A stretch of 63,607 nt of DNA, the filler included, from Choristocarpus tenellus KU-1152 (taxonomy: Eukaryota; Protista; Phaeophyceae): NCBI GenBank assembly GCA_964200185.2. It is 11 parts of 11 records of this genome, joined end to end, with 100 filler letters (N's around TTAATTAATTAA, not from the genome) between each part and the next. Parts side by side here need not be neighbours in the genome. Positions count along the whole stretch, not along the records: positions 24,258 to 29,663 come from CAXNAD020010887.1; positions 29,764 to 41,634 come from CAXNAD020002091.1; 9 more parts are not named here. One strand, 5' to 3'. A model generated the notes under the pieces. That model was not told where the DNA came from, ran no database searches, and worked only from the letters and a program-made list of their open reading frames with translations. The position numbers and the translations under genes were made by a program. Positions 26,241-39,300 of the stretch are shown one piece after another; positions within the stretch are counted from its first letter, which is position 1; every line of letters begins with the position of its first letter.

Positions 26241-27472
26241 TTATGCCCTCTGACATTTTGCAGATGTGTCAGGGGGAAACCAATGAAAACTATATACATA
26301 TGTGTATATAAAATGTCCTAAACATAAGAATACTATAAGACATTGCGTGGACAAGTATCGTGCATTGGATTTCTCCAATCTTCTCGGGAACTTACATATG
26401 TCATATACATCCTTCCATACGTATTTATTCTCACATAATGAAAATTCAACGATCAACCCCAATTTTAATTTCCTGACGATCACAATGATATTGAACAGGT
26501 GGATGCAACGAATATATTTGAACACAATTCTCCTACCGTTTGGGTTCTAGAAAAATATTTGAATAGATTCAACGTGCATTTTCGTTCCAGTTGTTATTTT
26601 ATTTTTATGCCCTATGACATTTTGTAGATTAGATGTGTCACGCGAAAAATCAACAAATACTATTCGCATGTCAGAATAACTCTAAAATTGTAACTTGTGA
26701 TTTTGTGGCGACGTGGTTCACTCAGGTAAGGGTGGCGAAGAGAATCCCTGGGCAAGACGGACCAGACAGATCAAAACGAACCGTAACCAAGAGTACGAGG
26801 TTAAGGTTGGACAAGTGCAAGACTGCAAGGACTCAGAAAAACTATGGAGTGATGATAATCTTACGAGAGGGGAATCATCACAAAATTCCCCAGTAATGCA
26901 CATCTCTGACTACAGGGATGTGTATTAGTTGTGGGATTGGTTTCTTCCACAAATTCCCCACCTCAATTATTTGGAAGATTCTCCACTGGAATCCGAAAAT
27001 CCTGACAAAGAAACCTCGATCGGTAGAAAGATATAACGGTATATGGCATACGGCAATAACGGTATAACATCAGAAAACATTCTTTCCACATACAAATGCG
27101 TCTAGAATGCTTTGACGCACGAGACCGAGAGCAGATAGAGTAGCCAGGTCAATGTATGTGGGCTGTATGTGACCAAATAGATTTCGATTATCATTGAGGT
27201 AAATAACTTTCGATTTAGGTAATAACTAACAACTTGTTTAGTGTGGAGAAACAGCCTGCTAATGATTTTTTTTGAAGAATATATTTGTACACTTTGCTGT
27301 GGGAAAAATTGGTCTGGCATAATATCCTAAGAAAAAATCATTCAAGATAAGTACCTAACCTGTTACTTATCGGGTTGCTTGGTATTTTATATTACTATGC
27401 CCTCTCACATTTTGCAGATGTGTTGGGGGAAAAGTCCACAAAACTATTCACATGTCAGAATAAACCCTAAAA
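26241..27472 (+). repeat. Three dispersed copies of a ~50-85 bp motif (~26241, ~26606, ~27395); inverted copy near 13735-13775
   Basis: TATGCCCT.T.ACATTTTG.AGATGTGT.AGGGGGAAA, extended by ACTATTC.CATGTCAGAATAA in the last two copies. Confidence 0.65.
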
Positions 27473-27877
27473 AGAGTAACAGTTGTCATAAATATGAAAA
27501 ACATTGATCTATTCGCTATTTTGCTACCAACCATGCTACATCGTTCCCTTCTTGTGCCTCTAACCTAGGTTAGTCATGTACTCCAGGGCGAGGGGTTAGG
27601 GAGACATCTCACGAATCTACAAGGCCCTCCTTGCCCATCTCTCTGGTGATGCAGCTAAGCTGGGAACTTTTCTGTCAGTATACCAAAGATTTTTATTCTA
27701 TTCACCTTACTTATGAACTTCAACTTAAGGAATATTTAGGTTATTGAGGGTTGTTGGCATAAGGATTAAATCTTGTGGTCCCCTTTGGGGTTGTAGTTTG
27801 AAGTATGAATAAAATAGTATTACTAACACTTGGTCCCAAGCGTAGACGAATGATACATGTATCATGTTGTATCTTAG

Positions 27878-27965
27878 GCCTACAGCGTGCGTACGTAGCT
27901 CATCCAGAAAACTTTCCGCTTTCTTGCCGAGGCGCCCAAAACTTGCCACCGCATGGTATCCGTAA
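27878..27965 (-). mobile_element. Fragment of non-LTR retrotransposon C-terminal (restriction-like endonuclease) region
   Basis: Peptide AVASFGRLGKKAESFLDELRTHAVG resembles the 'P.AVE..GRLG..A..FL..L' motif of RLE-type elements. Confidence 0.45.
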
Positions 27966-28882
27966 TGGACAGTACTATCGATAACCCATCTACGTATTAA
28001 AAAAAATAAGTGATTGCACATGGACTTAAAGCCAACAAATAAACGAACCAGAGAGACTCATTGCTGGAATGGGTGTTTACCACCCTATAGAAGTGAAATT
28101 CAATCACACTATTGCCCAGTGTTCAGAAGAGCATTATTGTCATAGCTTCTCTTTGCTTATTATATACTAAGAGTAAGAGCTAACAACTGAGAAGGCAGGC
28201 TCAAGAATGTAGGGTGGACTCTGCCAAACGTTTTCTCTATCTGGTGCACATCCGATGCACTGCCCAAGAGAGTCCAAGAGAAGATAGAGGAGGACGAGGG
28301 TGAGGACTTTGCGCTGACTTTTTTGTTCCACTGCATGCTCAGGGATGCTCTGTGGTCTTATCTGTTGTTGAGGAAGCTCACCTTCCCTTTGAATGAACAT
28401 ACCAAGGTTTCGCAAATGATACACGCCTCCAGGCTTCAATATTTCAATAGTATGTCAATAGCAATAGCAATAATGCTATTCCTGTTCTCAGCATCGTGTT
28501 GGTTCACCTGGATTCCCACCACAAGCTTACTTCCTCCATAAATGCGAGAACTTCACAAACAAGAAACTCAAGGATGGGCGGTGTCTATACACCAGAAGGG
28601 CGCGAGGAGATTCACACTGACTTACTTGTCCTCACCCACACCTCGCCTACCTGGTTCAATATTTGATTATCTAACATTTCGCAATCCAATCCTGGCTGGA
28701 ATTGCTACTATCAGCACAAAATTCAAGGCAACAGATCATTTCAGGGAATGGATATGAAGGGATATGAGGGACATTTACCCCTCCTAAACGTTACCGCCAC
28801 ACCTATCTATATGAGCTATGCCCTACCAAAAACATATTTTCAAAAGTATGTTCTGTGCAAGATGCAACAATGCTCTGTGTTG

Positions 28883-29072
28883 TCATTGGTTGCCACCACT
28901 GCCCCTAGAGGAAGAAGAGGAGAGCACAGACCAAAAGGCCTCCTGGCTGAGTTGCACCCTGCCCACAGTCTTGGCCCTCAGCTTCCCTTTCTTCTGCTTC
29001 TCAAGGAGCTTCTTCTTGCGAGATGCATCCCCTCCCCCCACTGTTTTTCCTGACTTCGTCAAGACGTCCTTG
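28883..29072 (-). CDS. GUF1: Translation factor GUF1/LepA (EF-4), terminal exon
   Basis: [50 protein letters not shown] matches the LepA C-terminal signature; AAG acceptor at 29073-29075, stop at 28883. Confidence 0.93.
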
Positions 29073-29527
29073 CTTTTAGAAGTAGAGCATTTAGGCAGAA
29101 TGCGCAAAACATGCAGCATATTCAAATCGTCAGAGAGAGCATTTGATCGATGAGATAGAGTAACCTGGTCTAACGACTACTATGTTGCAGTATAAAAGAA
29201 AAATGAATGCCCAAGCATTCCCTCTCGGTTGATACCTATCTGTGGCAAAATCTATGAAGCAGGTCCCCAAACTGAAAACGGATGAGATAATTGGTTACTT
29301 CAGAGTTTCTGAAGTGACCATAAACAAAATATTTTGATTGACATGCAAACTGTTGAGGGCATCCACATTGTGGCTGCGCATTATTATACCCTTTTAACAG
29401 AAAACACAACCTATACAAAAAAATGACCTTTCGGGTTATGCCTCGAAAACCTTCCACAAGGCACTGGTGTAAGTTTGATACTTCAGAGCACAGCATGTGA
29501 CATTGATGCCGGTGCTGTGGGGCTCTA

Positions 29528-29662
29528 AACAGCCGATTTCAAAATTGAGGATGGAGCTTTTCATTGAGGATGGGCTTGACCCAAAATTGACTGGGATAAA
29601 GTTTCGACACAATACAAAAAAAAACATATCGAAACTTTATCCCAGTCAATTTTGGGTCAAGC
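29528..29662. repeat. Foldback/palindromic element with perfect 34-bp inverted repeat
   Basis: 29574-29607 is the exact reverse complement of 29629-29662; 21-nt loop. Confidence 0.85.
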
Positions 29663-29763
29663 ANNNNNNNNNNNNNNNNNNNNNNNNNNNNNNNNNNNNN
29701 NNNNNNNTTAATTAATTAANNNNNNNNNNNNNNNNNNNNNNNNNNNNNNNNNNNNNNNNNNNN

Positions 29764-29792
29764 TGGTGGGGGGGGGGGGGCGGTGGGGGGGT

Positions 29793-29826
<34 letters not shown>

Positions 29827-29980
29827 GGCGACTGTCCATTCGGAGACCATTTTCCATGTTGCGATTTTCAGATGAATTTGGTTGCATGCGTCGGATGGAT
29901 AATGTAAGTGCACTTCTCCTGGTCAGGGCCCAAAAGGACACCTTGGTGTGGACCCCCCCCACCACCAGATGCTTTGAGCG
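29764..29980 (+). mobile_element. MITE family B, left end lost in poly-G and gap
   Basis: Internal sequence matches 20181-20331; right end CCAGATGCTTTGAGCG. Confidence 0.78.
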
Positions 29981-30307
29981 TTTTGTTGATGCTGTTGTCA
30001 TTCATTCCAGAGTTGATGTTAATATGATGAAAATACACCATGTTTACAATACAAGCAATATGCGGGAAAGACGACAACTAATACTTGTTGCTTCCTCATC
30101 GTTTTCAGATGGTGAAATAACTTTCAAAAGCACAAGAATGGCAAGTAGGATCATTCGGTGGAGATCAAGCACACCCCGACCCTATCATATGGTCTTGATA
30201 TAGTTGTATTGTACGCACGTCTATGTATATATTTTTCAAAGATCGTCTATTCTGGAGTAACTCTTAGCAGTGCGTATGGCGCCTGTTGGTCTCAACAATT
30301 GCTTAGG

Positions 30308-33300
30308 GTAACGAGGAGTCGCTTAACAAGAAAACTGGACAATTTGCAAGTCCTTGCCACTGAGAGCCACGTGGAAGAAAAGTGTGTCCGTCAGAAATTG
30401 GAAGCAGCCAAGGCGCTCAATGTCTCAGCGGATGCCCAAGCTGTGAAGGTTCTGGAGGAGATAAGGTGGAAACTGCTTTCTACTTTAAATGAAACCGTGT
30501 CAGAATGATATAAATATCTGCTAACAAGTTTTTCAGCATCTACGTCCACTAGAGACACAACCTTTCCCTGGCAGCATGCTGTATTGAGTTCCTGACATGA
30601 TGTGCTCATTCTCAGTTACATATAATTTTCGCCTCTACAACGTCAGCTATCAACTCTTTCCTAGCATGGACCATGCAATACATTTCATACGAAATTATCC
30701 CCTCTGCAATATTCAAATAACTGATGCGACTAGCACAGGCATGCATGTTGCTCCTCGAACAGAGCACGTGCTGTCTATTTAGTTTTCTCATCTATATTCA
30801 TCTACTGTGGTTTGTTCAGATGGATCTCTTACGCTCACCTCTAACCCTAATATGAAGTACAAATAAGCAGTGCTCTATTTCATCGACGGCTCTACCAGAT
30901 AAGCACTGGTTGACCGTGGCTGACTATATCTGGGATATTTACACAGTGAGCGCTTAGTACTACTCCCTATTCATGGCCTAGTCTTCATCTTTTTGCCGTA
31001 TATCACCTGTATGCAGTTCCAAAAGGAAAGCAGCTATGAGAGGACGAAAGCTTCTCAAAGATGGGCAGGCAGAGATAACGACCCTATCAGAGCGTGCAGG
31101 TGTCCTGGAGGTTGACTTGAAAGGAATGACCCTAGAAATCAATAGACTGGAAGAGGTGGGAGGAAAAAGCTGAGTGGGATGTATAATGGCATTTTGACTA
31201 TAGGGAGTATTGTAGGATCATTGCATAGTTGGTATGTCTATCTACTCTTACAGAATAATTGTTGCTGAGCGAGACCTGTTCAATGTGTCTAATACAATGC
31301 TTGCGTATTGCAGCACAATCCTGTTTGTATATCCTATTATTTGATTGCCCTTTATGGTCGTACTGTCTGCGACAGATATTAGTCGGTATCACGCCCCTGC
31401 AACAAAGCTCCACGAACCGCTCGACTAATCTTTCGAAGAGGAACATGCGTTTACATTGGACATTTGAGTGGATACAATTTCTATCTGTGTAATTACATGC
31501 TGCCTCTTGTATATATCTATCGCTCTGCAGGTCCAGGAAAAGGAGCACTCCTTGCAATGCAATGACCAAGTCCACGAACACAAGGCCCTCCAAAAGCGAC
31601 TGAAGGAGGAATTGAAAGCCCTTGAACATGAACTAGAAGAGCATGTGCTTCTGAAGAAAGCAGAGGAGATGCACAGGGTGCATACCAAGGAGGTGGAAGA
31701 GGAATGGATGTCAAAGTTGGAAGCGGCACAGGCAGAGCAGGGACGGAGGGAAGCTGCATCAATGAGAGCACATAAGGCAGTGACCAACCTAGTTGAACGT
31801 ACATATGAGGTACCTTGCTGTTTTACTTTTGTATAATCTACCATTACTGGTATCGACATCAACATGCCATTTGCAGGGAAAGAACAATCACCTCAATTAT
31901 TCCTGCATTAGTGACATGGTGCATGGTTTCTCATCCAATGATAGGAAGCTTCACTTCAACCCAAGAACACAAGGAGAAATTGTGATGCAATGTAGAACAT
32001 ATTTTTGTCCTTGTATAGAGTTAAACTCCCACCTACATATTCTGCAGAGTATTCAATTCTACATTTAACGGTCTAGGTGCATACTTTGGCGCATATTCCT
32101 TGAGAAGATGCGCTGGGAACAGTAGGTCTTGCAGGACCAAGCATGCTATCTTTATACTCTGAGCATTGTCCTTTTGGAAGTATGCAAGCCACAGTAGCAA
32201 TGCCACCATTAGAGTGCACAGGCCATGCTGGTAGTATTAAACGATGGATATCGTTTAATTCATTCCCGTTTCGTCTATTTCCCGACTTTCATACTTTCTT
32301 CCTTGGTTGTCAGATTTTGCATTGTTATAGTATGTGATTAGCATAGCCAAATAACATTTGTTGTTCCAGAATACTGCATAAAACTCTGACAGTTGTTTGC
32401 TGATAAAATGATGATGACTTTGTGCGGCATCCCACACTCCACTACCTTCGTGTCTTGGATAGCTGCTGACAGAATTTCCTGTAGAATATGTAAAGTTTCC
32501 TCAGTGAGTGGCGCTCAAGTTATACTACTTCGGCATATCATAGCAGGAAAGTGACTACCCAGTCTTCGTTGTACTAGTTGCCTGTGCGAATCAATAGATA
32601 CCTACTCCTTCCAGCCATACCTTGGAAGATTTAGTTCTGTCGAGGACCTGTTTAGAGTCCACAAAGTGAGATTGATATTGGTTGGAACGGTTATATCTGA
32701 CATCCATGTTGATCCGTTCATGCCTTCCTCTGGACTATGCTCCATACCCTTTGTATCCATCCTAGCTTCACCCCACCCGGCTTTCCCCCTTCCTCTCTGC
32801 AGATAGACAAAATCATTTCTTTGACTTGCAAAGAGCTGCGACTTCTGGAGTGTACCCACTCAAAGTTAGAGGAGAAGTATTCACATATTACAAGCAGTCA
32901 TCATGACCCATACTTTCAGGCACAAAGTGGTAGTAATGTGGACAGGGTTAATGGTCAAGGCGAGAACGTGATGGGTAGCAAAGAGTCCTGTCCAAGGAGA
33001 TATGATATCTGCACAGTAGTGGCTAGCCTCACTTTGGCATCCGAAGGAGTCCATGGCCTCTTGACTGACCTGATGGAGGCTAAGGAGCAGCGATTTGAAA
33101 GGGCAATTGGGGCGGCAATTGGGGCAGCTTTGTCCAGGACAGTGGTAGTTCAAACTCGGGTTGATGGGACAAAGATTCTGTCGTCAATGCGTGCGGCAGG
33201 TGTTCGGGGTCAAATCCGTTGTGACATACTCCAGGAGCTGCAGACACTAAGCACTTCAAGAAAAAGAGCATCTGCCTCAGGTAAATACTCATGTCACGAA

Positions 33301-36300
33301 TCCTTCTTCGTATTACCTGGATAGCAGGACGCCCGGTTTGGTACGTGGAGAGTGTATAAAGTTGGGGTGTAAATCATCATCGAACAATTTATACATATTG
33401 CCCCAGGTGCTCAATGCCCCTGGAGTGTAATACAATAAGAACAAAACCTACAATGTTCGCAATACCAGGAATATCAAGAGCAGGATTTGGGGCGGGATTG
33501 ACACCTTTGGCCGATTGTGTCTCTATCGCAGACCCCCTTCATCAACCTCTTCTGGACAAGCATCTCGGCAGATGGTGAGTGCGAAAAAAACACTGTTCAA
33601 AGCTGTACCACCTTGTCTTAGTCAATGTAAACTTCACCTTGTTGATGTGGGACGTATTCTCTGTGAAAATGACCTATGGAGAAGGGATGTGCAACGTGGT
33701 GGGTCTCAGGATGTGCCTTGCAGAGAACACTTTGTCTGCATATTTCAGCTGTTGCGGGAGGATGGTGGGGGTAGGACAATCATGTCATGTGTTCATCAAG
33801 CGATTTGTTACCTTAAGTTCTAGAGTTACACTAAATATTCAACTATTCCATACTTAGTACAGTATGAAACTGTTCAATCGAATGTCTATGTATTGTAGTC
33901 CTTCATGTGATTGTGTTGTATTCTCTAGTCAATGTTTCTTGTATTCAATGATAATGTCTCCTATGTTCTTTACATGGCATTTCGTCTTATCCAGTCTATA
34001 TTGTCCTAATAAATATTGTTGCCTGATCTTTTATATTTCTTGTTTTTCCAACATTACAATGTTGGAACACGCCAACGGGCAAAATACTGCTACATGTATT
34101 TGGAGTACTTCAAAATATACAAGCAGGCATCGTTTGTTGACCGGCCATGTGCCACGTGTGTGCTGAGTGCTATAGAGCTTTTGTGGACACAGCAAAGAAG
34201 CACAACCAACTTTAAAGATCACGCTTCAGGGTCTTAGACCAATGCAAGTTTACATCAAGGTCGAAACAGACCAAAATGCTTTACCCTCCCCTTCCAAGTG
34301 TAAAAAGTAAAAAAATAGATATATTTTGAGCTTGCACTGTTCTAGGCTTCTGGCAGATACTCGTGACCTAGCATGGAGTGTGCAGAGGAAGGATTCGTTG
34401 CTACCTGGATTCAACGTGGTTACTGTTGCAGGTTAGTAGTAGGACAATATGGTACATATATATATATATGTATGGTACATATAATGTATTTCATACTACC
34501 GAGTATATTTTACGAGTGATATTATATTCAGTAGAAAGCTTTATTTATTTTCACGGTTGCTTTGGCCTGCCACCCCTACATGTTTCGTAGTTTTAACTTC
34601 TCTTGTTGAGGAGTTTCTGTAGGGGTGGATATACCACATTCATCATTTTCTACTCATTTCAAACTTTAAAGTGAATGAGGACATAAAACAACCATTGGTG
34701 AAATCCCTTACATAAGGACCCAGATACTCTTACGCTTTTCGAAATGATATAGACCAACAACAGCAAGAGAATGTTCACCTCTGCTTCATGTTCCACACAA
34801 ATGACAACCGAAAATATTCCGAGATATCCAGAATAAGTCGCTAGATATAGTGCTATGTTTGGCATACAATTCTTGTAAGTAGCTCAGAATGTTCTCCCTT
34901 GATAAGGAACGTAGACTAATGGTCTCTACAACGTTGTTGGGGATTATTGGATGCCCTTTTTTTGTCTAATATTCCACTCTGATTGCACGAATTGCAGGCG
35001 AGCTTTTCTATTCTGGAGGGGAAGTGGCTGTGAAACGATCTTCAAGAGTTACGTTGAAACCGAGATTGCGAACTAGTGATCTGTCAAGCAGCACAGAAAC
35101 CGCAGCACACCTCACAAAGGAACTGGAGGAGGCTCGGCAGTTGCTTCATGGGACACAGGCGAGGGTGACACACCTTGAGAAGGAAAAAGCTCAGACTACC
35201 TTCGATTGCGAGGATGCAAAACTCGTGGCATTAGCAACTGACGCTCAGGTGAGACAACCTTGTATTCATTCTGAGACGCTCGGTTGTCACAATTACTTCT
35301 CCATATATCTCAGTAGCTTTCTTCTTTGGTCCAACAACAGCGGGAGTTCTCAAATCTATTTGCCTGCCACCTCCATACATTGCGCCTTCATAGAGCTAGG
35401 ATTAATATGTGTAAGTTAAGATATTCAATCCCTGATGGATAATACAATATCACCAAGCACGTGAATCACATTTTCTGTGTACACTACTAGGCTACTGAGG
35501 GTTTGCAGGAAGTCAAGGGGTTGAAGCGAGCGTTGATGTCACATCAGCGCATCTATCAGAGAGAATCAGAACGTACCCTGCGTCAACAACCAAGGCTGAC
35601 TGGTGACAGTGCAGTCGAGGTCAGTCCAGAAGATAGGAGACGTGGTGATGGAGTTGTTCCCGAAAAGGACGCAATGGAGATTCTACTTGCCAGGTGTGCG
35701 TTATAGGTAGAGCTATTTGTTATATATATATATATATCTTACATGGCATCAAAATTTCGGTTAGCTCTCTCTTCTGAGGTTTGTGTCTCCCTTCCCCTGA
35801 CCCCTTCTGGTGAACACCATGTCTTCGATAATAGTTGTATCCTTCTTGCATTCACAATCCTGGCCTTATTCATTGTGTTGGACTTTTATATTGTGGCTTG
35901 GCATGTCCGAAGACGGGAAACCCTTACCGACATGCTGAAAACAACACAGAAAGAGAATGGCAGCGATTCTAATCATGACACACAGGAGGGCACGAAGGAC
36001 GAGGAAGAACTCATCAGTGATGAGCTCAACTTATTGCAGATCGAGTTTGACAAGAAAAAGGAAGAACGAAATATGGTAAGGGCCGAAGAAGAGATTTGAT
36101 CCAATCCTCGTACTGTTTAATTATGTGAGTGTTGTTAGAAAGCGGTGCTACCATCGTCTGTTTCTATAGTTCTTATTCGTTAACTATCATTTGGCCATAG
36201 CACTGAGTCGCTAGACATTGCCCTCAGTCCGAAACGCCTCATCAAGCTGACTGTCCTTTTCAGTTGAAACGACAAAGTACTGAAATTTCCCCCCTTCGTC

Positions 36301-39300
36301 GATGAGATCTCGACCAGAAAATTATTATCTTAGTGGTTCTTCAGTTTTGAAGATAATGCACCAACAACACCTTTATTGTATGGAGGATATATTCTGGAAT
36401 AAATATGTCTCTGTATCCTCTTGTTGAGAAAATGGCCACGAAGCAGGTACGTTTTCCTTTATAGGATGTGTCGAGTCCATCTGAGAACTTCGTGTTGCAT
36501 CCAACATTTACTTACGATGTCGCGTGTTTTGTTGCACTGGAACTTGTACTCTTATTCCGAGGTACATTCAAACGCACTGTAGGATTCACTGTTGCATGTC
36601 TTACTACCGACCACGGAATTTCAATTTATCTCACCCCCTCACTCCATGCACAATTGCTTCCATCATAATTATAATGGAGGGCTCACCCACCCGCTATTGA
36701 TACAGAGTACATTGTTCGTTATAGGGATGCTGGTGTGTTCTCCCAGGCTTCAAAGAAACGTGAACGACTCTGTTAGCAACCTTGAGTCTCTGGAGAACAC
36801 TACAACACTGTATGGGACAAAAAGGGTGACTGAGTGTGTGTGTATGCATGTATGCGTATTTGTGTGTGTGTGCATTACCGTGGTAGTAAGAACCCACGAA
36901 TACGAGAGAGTGGCTGAAGAGAAGAAGAGAAGACAAGGGAGAGATATATCTAAATATCCCCAAAACACTGTCTTTGTACTGAGTATGTGCCTTACAGGTT
37001 TTTCGCGAAGGGGGACACAGGTCAGGATAAACTATACAGAAATCCAATCATATCTATCATACCCGATTTAACCTGCGACCGTTTTGTATGTAGTGATTAA
37101 ATCGAATGTTGAACTGAGTTATTTCTTAATTCTGTTGTGAGACTTGGATCTACTTATCTGTTGTGTGTATGGCCGAACGCCTCACCATGTTTCAACATAC
37201 ACTGCTAATGGGTCGAGACCATCTTGTGGAAGGAGAAGAAGACTTTCGTCGAAGTATTGACTCGTCCTCTTTCTTTCGTTTGACCCTGTTAGATACGAGT
37301 TGATTTGCGTTCCTTTGTGACGTACCTATATATCTTTTTCCAAAATTGTGGGAAGACTTGAAAGATCATGTCTCATTTCTCACTTCCGTTCTCCGCAACG
37401 GGTAAGTCTTCTAAATATTCATGTTGTTGATAAACATTAAATAATAGTACCTCCTCATGGCTACCATATCCACAACCCACAATCCACACCGCCATTTCAT
37501 GTTCGCAGATTGCAGCAAGGGTGAGTGTGCTGAATAAACGAACCGCAGATAAGAAACAGAAGGCGATCGGGTTGGATGAGGAGGTGACAAGGTTATTGGC
37601 TAAGACTGAGGAACTCAAGGCAAGCAATGAGATATTCGGTGACAGTTGGCACCCAATCTCTCCGAGCATGCAGATAGATACTCCAGAGTATGTATAGAGA
37701 TAGTATGCATTTCCCTGGGTGAAGGGTTGAAATGAGGCAGTCGGGTTAAAGGAATGAGGATCAAATTTTGGTGATTGACCACTAGAGTACTTTTCCTACC
37801 CTCATACAAAAAATACAAGTCTTGTAAAAAGTTGAAAAAAACTTCCACGTCCTCACCACTAAGAACACAGCAGCAACACGCTCCTTATGGTGAAGGGGTA
37901 GAACTCTTGTCCGTGCTCCTTATTCCACCAGGCAAAGCAAGATGACCATCAGGCCACAGCTGCTGCTCTGGGGGAGGATGTGAAGGTTGCATCAACCCTG
38001 CGGTGGAGTAGGCAGAAAGAGGCCAGGGATACCGAGGCAGCTGGGAGGGAGAACAAGAGGCATCTAGATTCCATAAGAAACAAAAGGTTCTAAGAAATGC
38101 TTTTGTTAGTAGCAGATTAAACGTGATTGGTATTATGATCTTACGCATAATCCATCCTCAAGAAACAAATACGTATTGACTTGAGGTGTTCTTTATCCGG
38201 AATTGACTCTTTCTCCTGTTGCATTTATAAAATTGTACATTCTAAAATGGAAAACCTACTCCTCCTATTCTTTCTCAGTCTTGCGGATACTTCGACCCCT
38301 TGATTGACAAGATAAGCAGCTGATCGAAAAAGTCGATCGTTTTGACGAGCTGGGTCATGAACTCATGTAGCGGAAACGTATTCAGTGTACATGTTGTTCC
38401 TCCGGGAAAAATAACTTCAATTTTACTTTGCTTTCCTTTCTAATTGCAGAGCAGAGCTGGTCAGTGCCCATGAGTCCCTCCTTGTGGAAAGGAGAGACTT
38501 GGCGACAGCGATGGTAGAACTTGCCAAACAATTGCATGGAAATAATACAGATACTAGCATAATGAAAATGACTTGCACTACAGGGGTGAATCAAGCTGAG
38601 GGCGAGCAATTTATTAGCGGTGTGAACAAAGCCAACACAGGTGAGGGCAGGAGCACCAAGGGGAAGATGTGCCAGAGCATGGATGTGGGGGATGAAGCCC
38701 AAGGAAACTCTGACCTAAAGTTTCTGCTGATGGGAGACTGCACGCTTATATGGAAACCTAGATATTTTTCCCTAATAACTTGCGGCAAACGTATGACTAA
38801 GGGGAGGTGTATGAAAATAAATCCCATTCTCTTGTTTGCCCTTATGTTTAGTTGTGTGCTGCCTTGTGGGCATATTTTCTGTAGTTTGAATTCAAGGCAG
38901 TATATCGCAAGAGTACGGCACCCTTGTTGGCACATACACCACTAGTCTACAATGTACTTTAACTCTGTATTATTGTCCAAAAGGGTGGAATAAAATCTCA
39001 ACAACTATACACACCTCTAGAAGGCCATCCTTCGCACCATATTCCAAGGATTGGTGCAGTGTAGGGACTCAAACTTGCAAAACGACATGCCATGCCCACT
39101 TTCAAGTACTTCACGACAATAGCGGTACTCATTTTGGTCGACAACATATTTTTGCATGTTCAAGTCTCAGTAAGAAAGCTACACAGCAGGCATATCTACT
39201 GATAGTTGAGTGGATAATCACTGAAATATCTCTTTCACATAGTCACACTACTGTAGTGCATGCCAGACTTCAAAATTCCGGACTACCTGGGTACTCCCGT

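Noticed and set aside
28373-28539. Possible two-exon gene start MEEVSLWWES/SLEACIICETLVCSFKGK on the minus strand
   Set aside because: Splice phases fit but the peptide is short with no homology or downstream exon support
37620-37931. GC-AG intron in the SMC gene (AAG/GCAAGC)
   Set aside because: In-phase GT donors exist upstream (~37520, ~37584), so a GC donor is not required without transcript data
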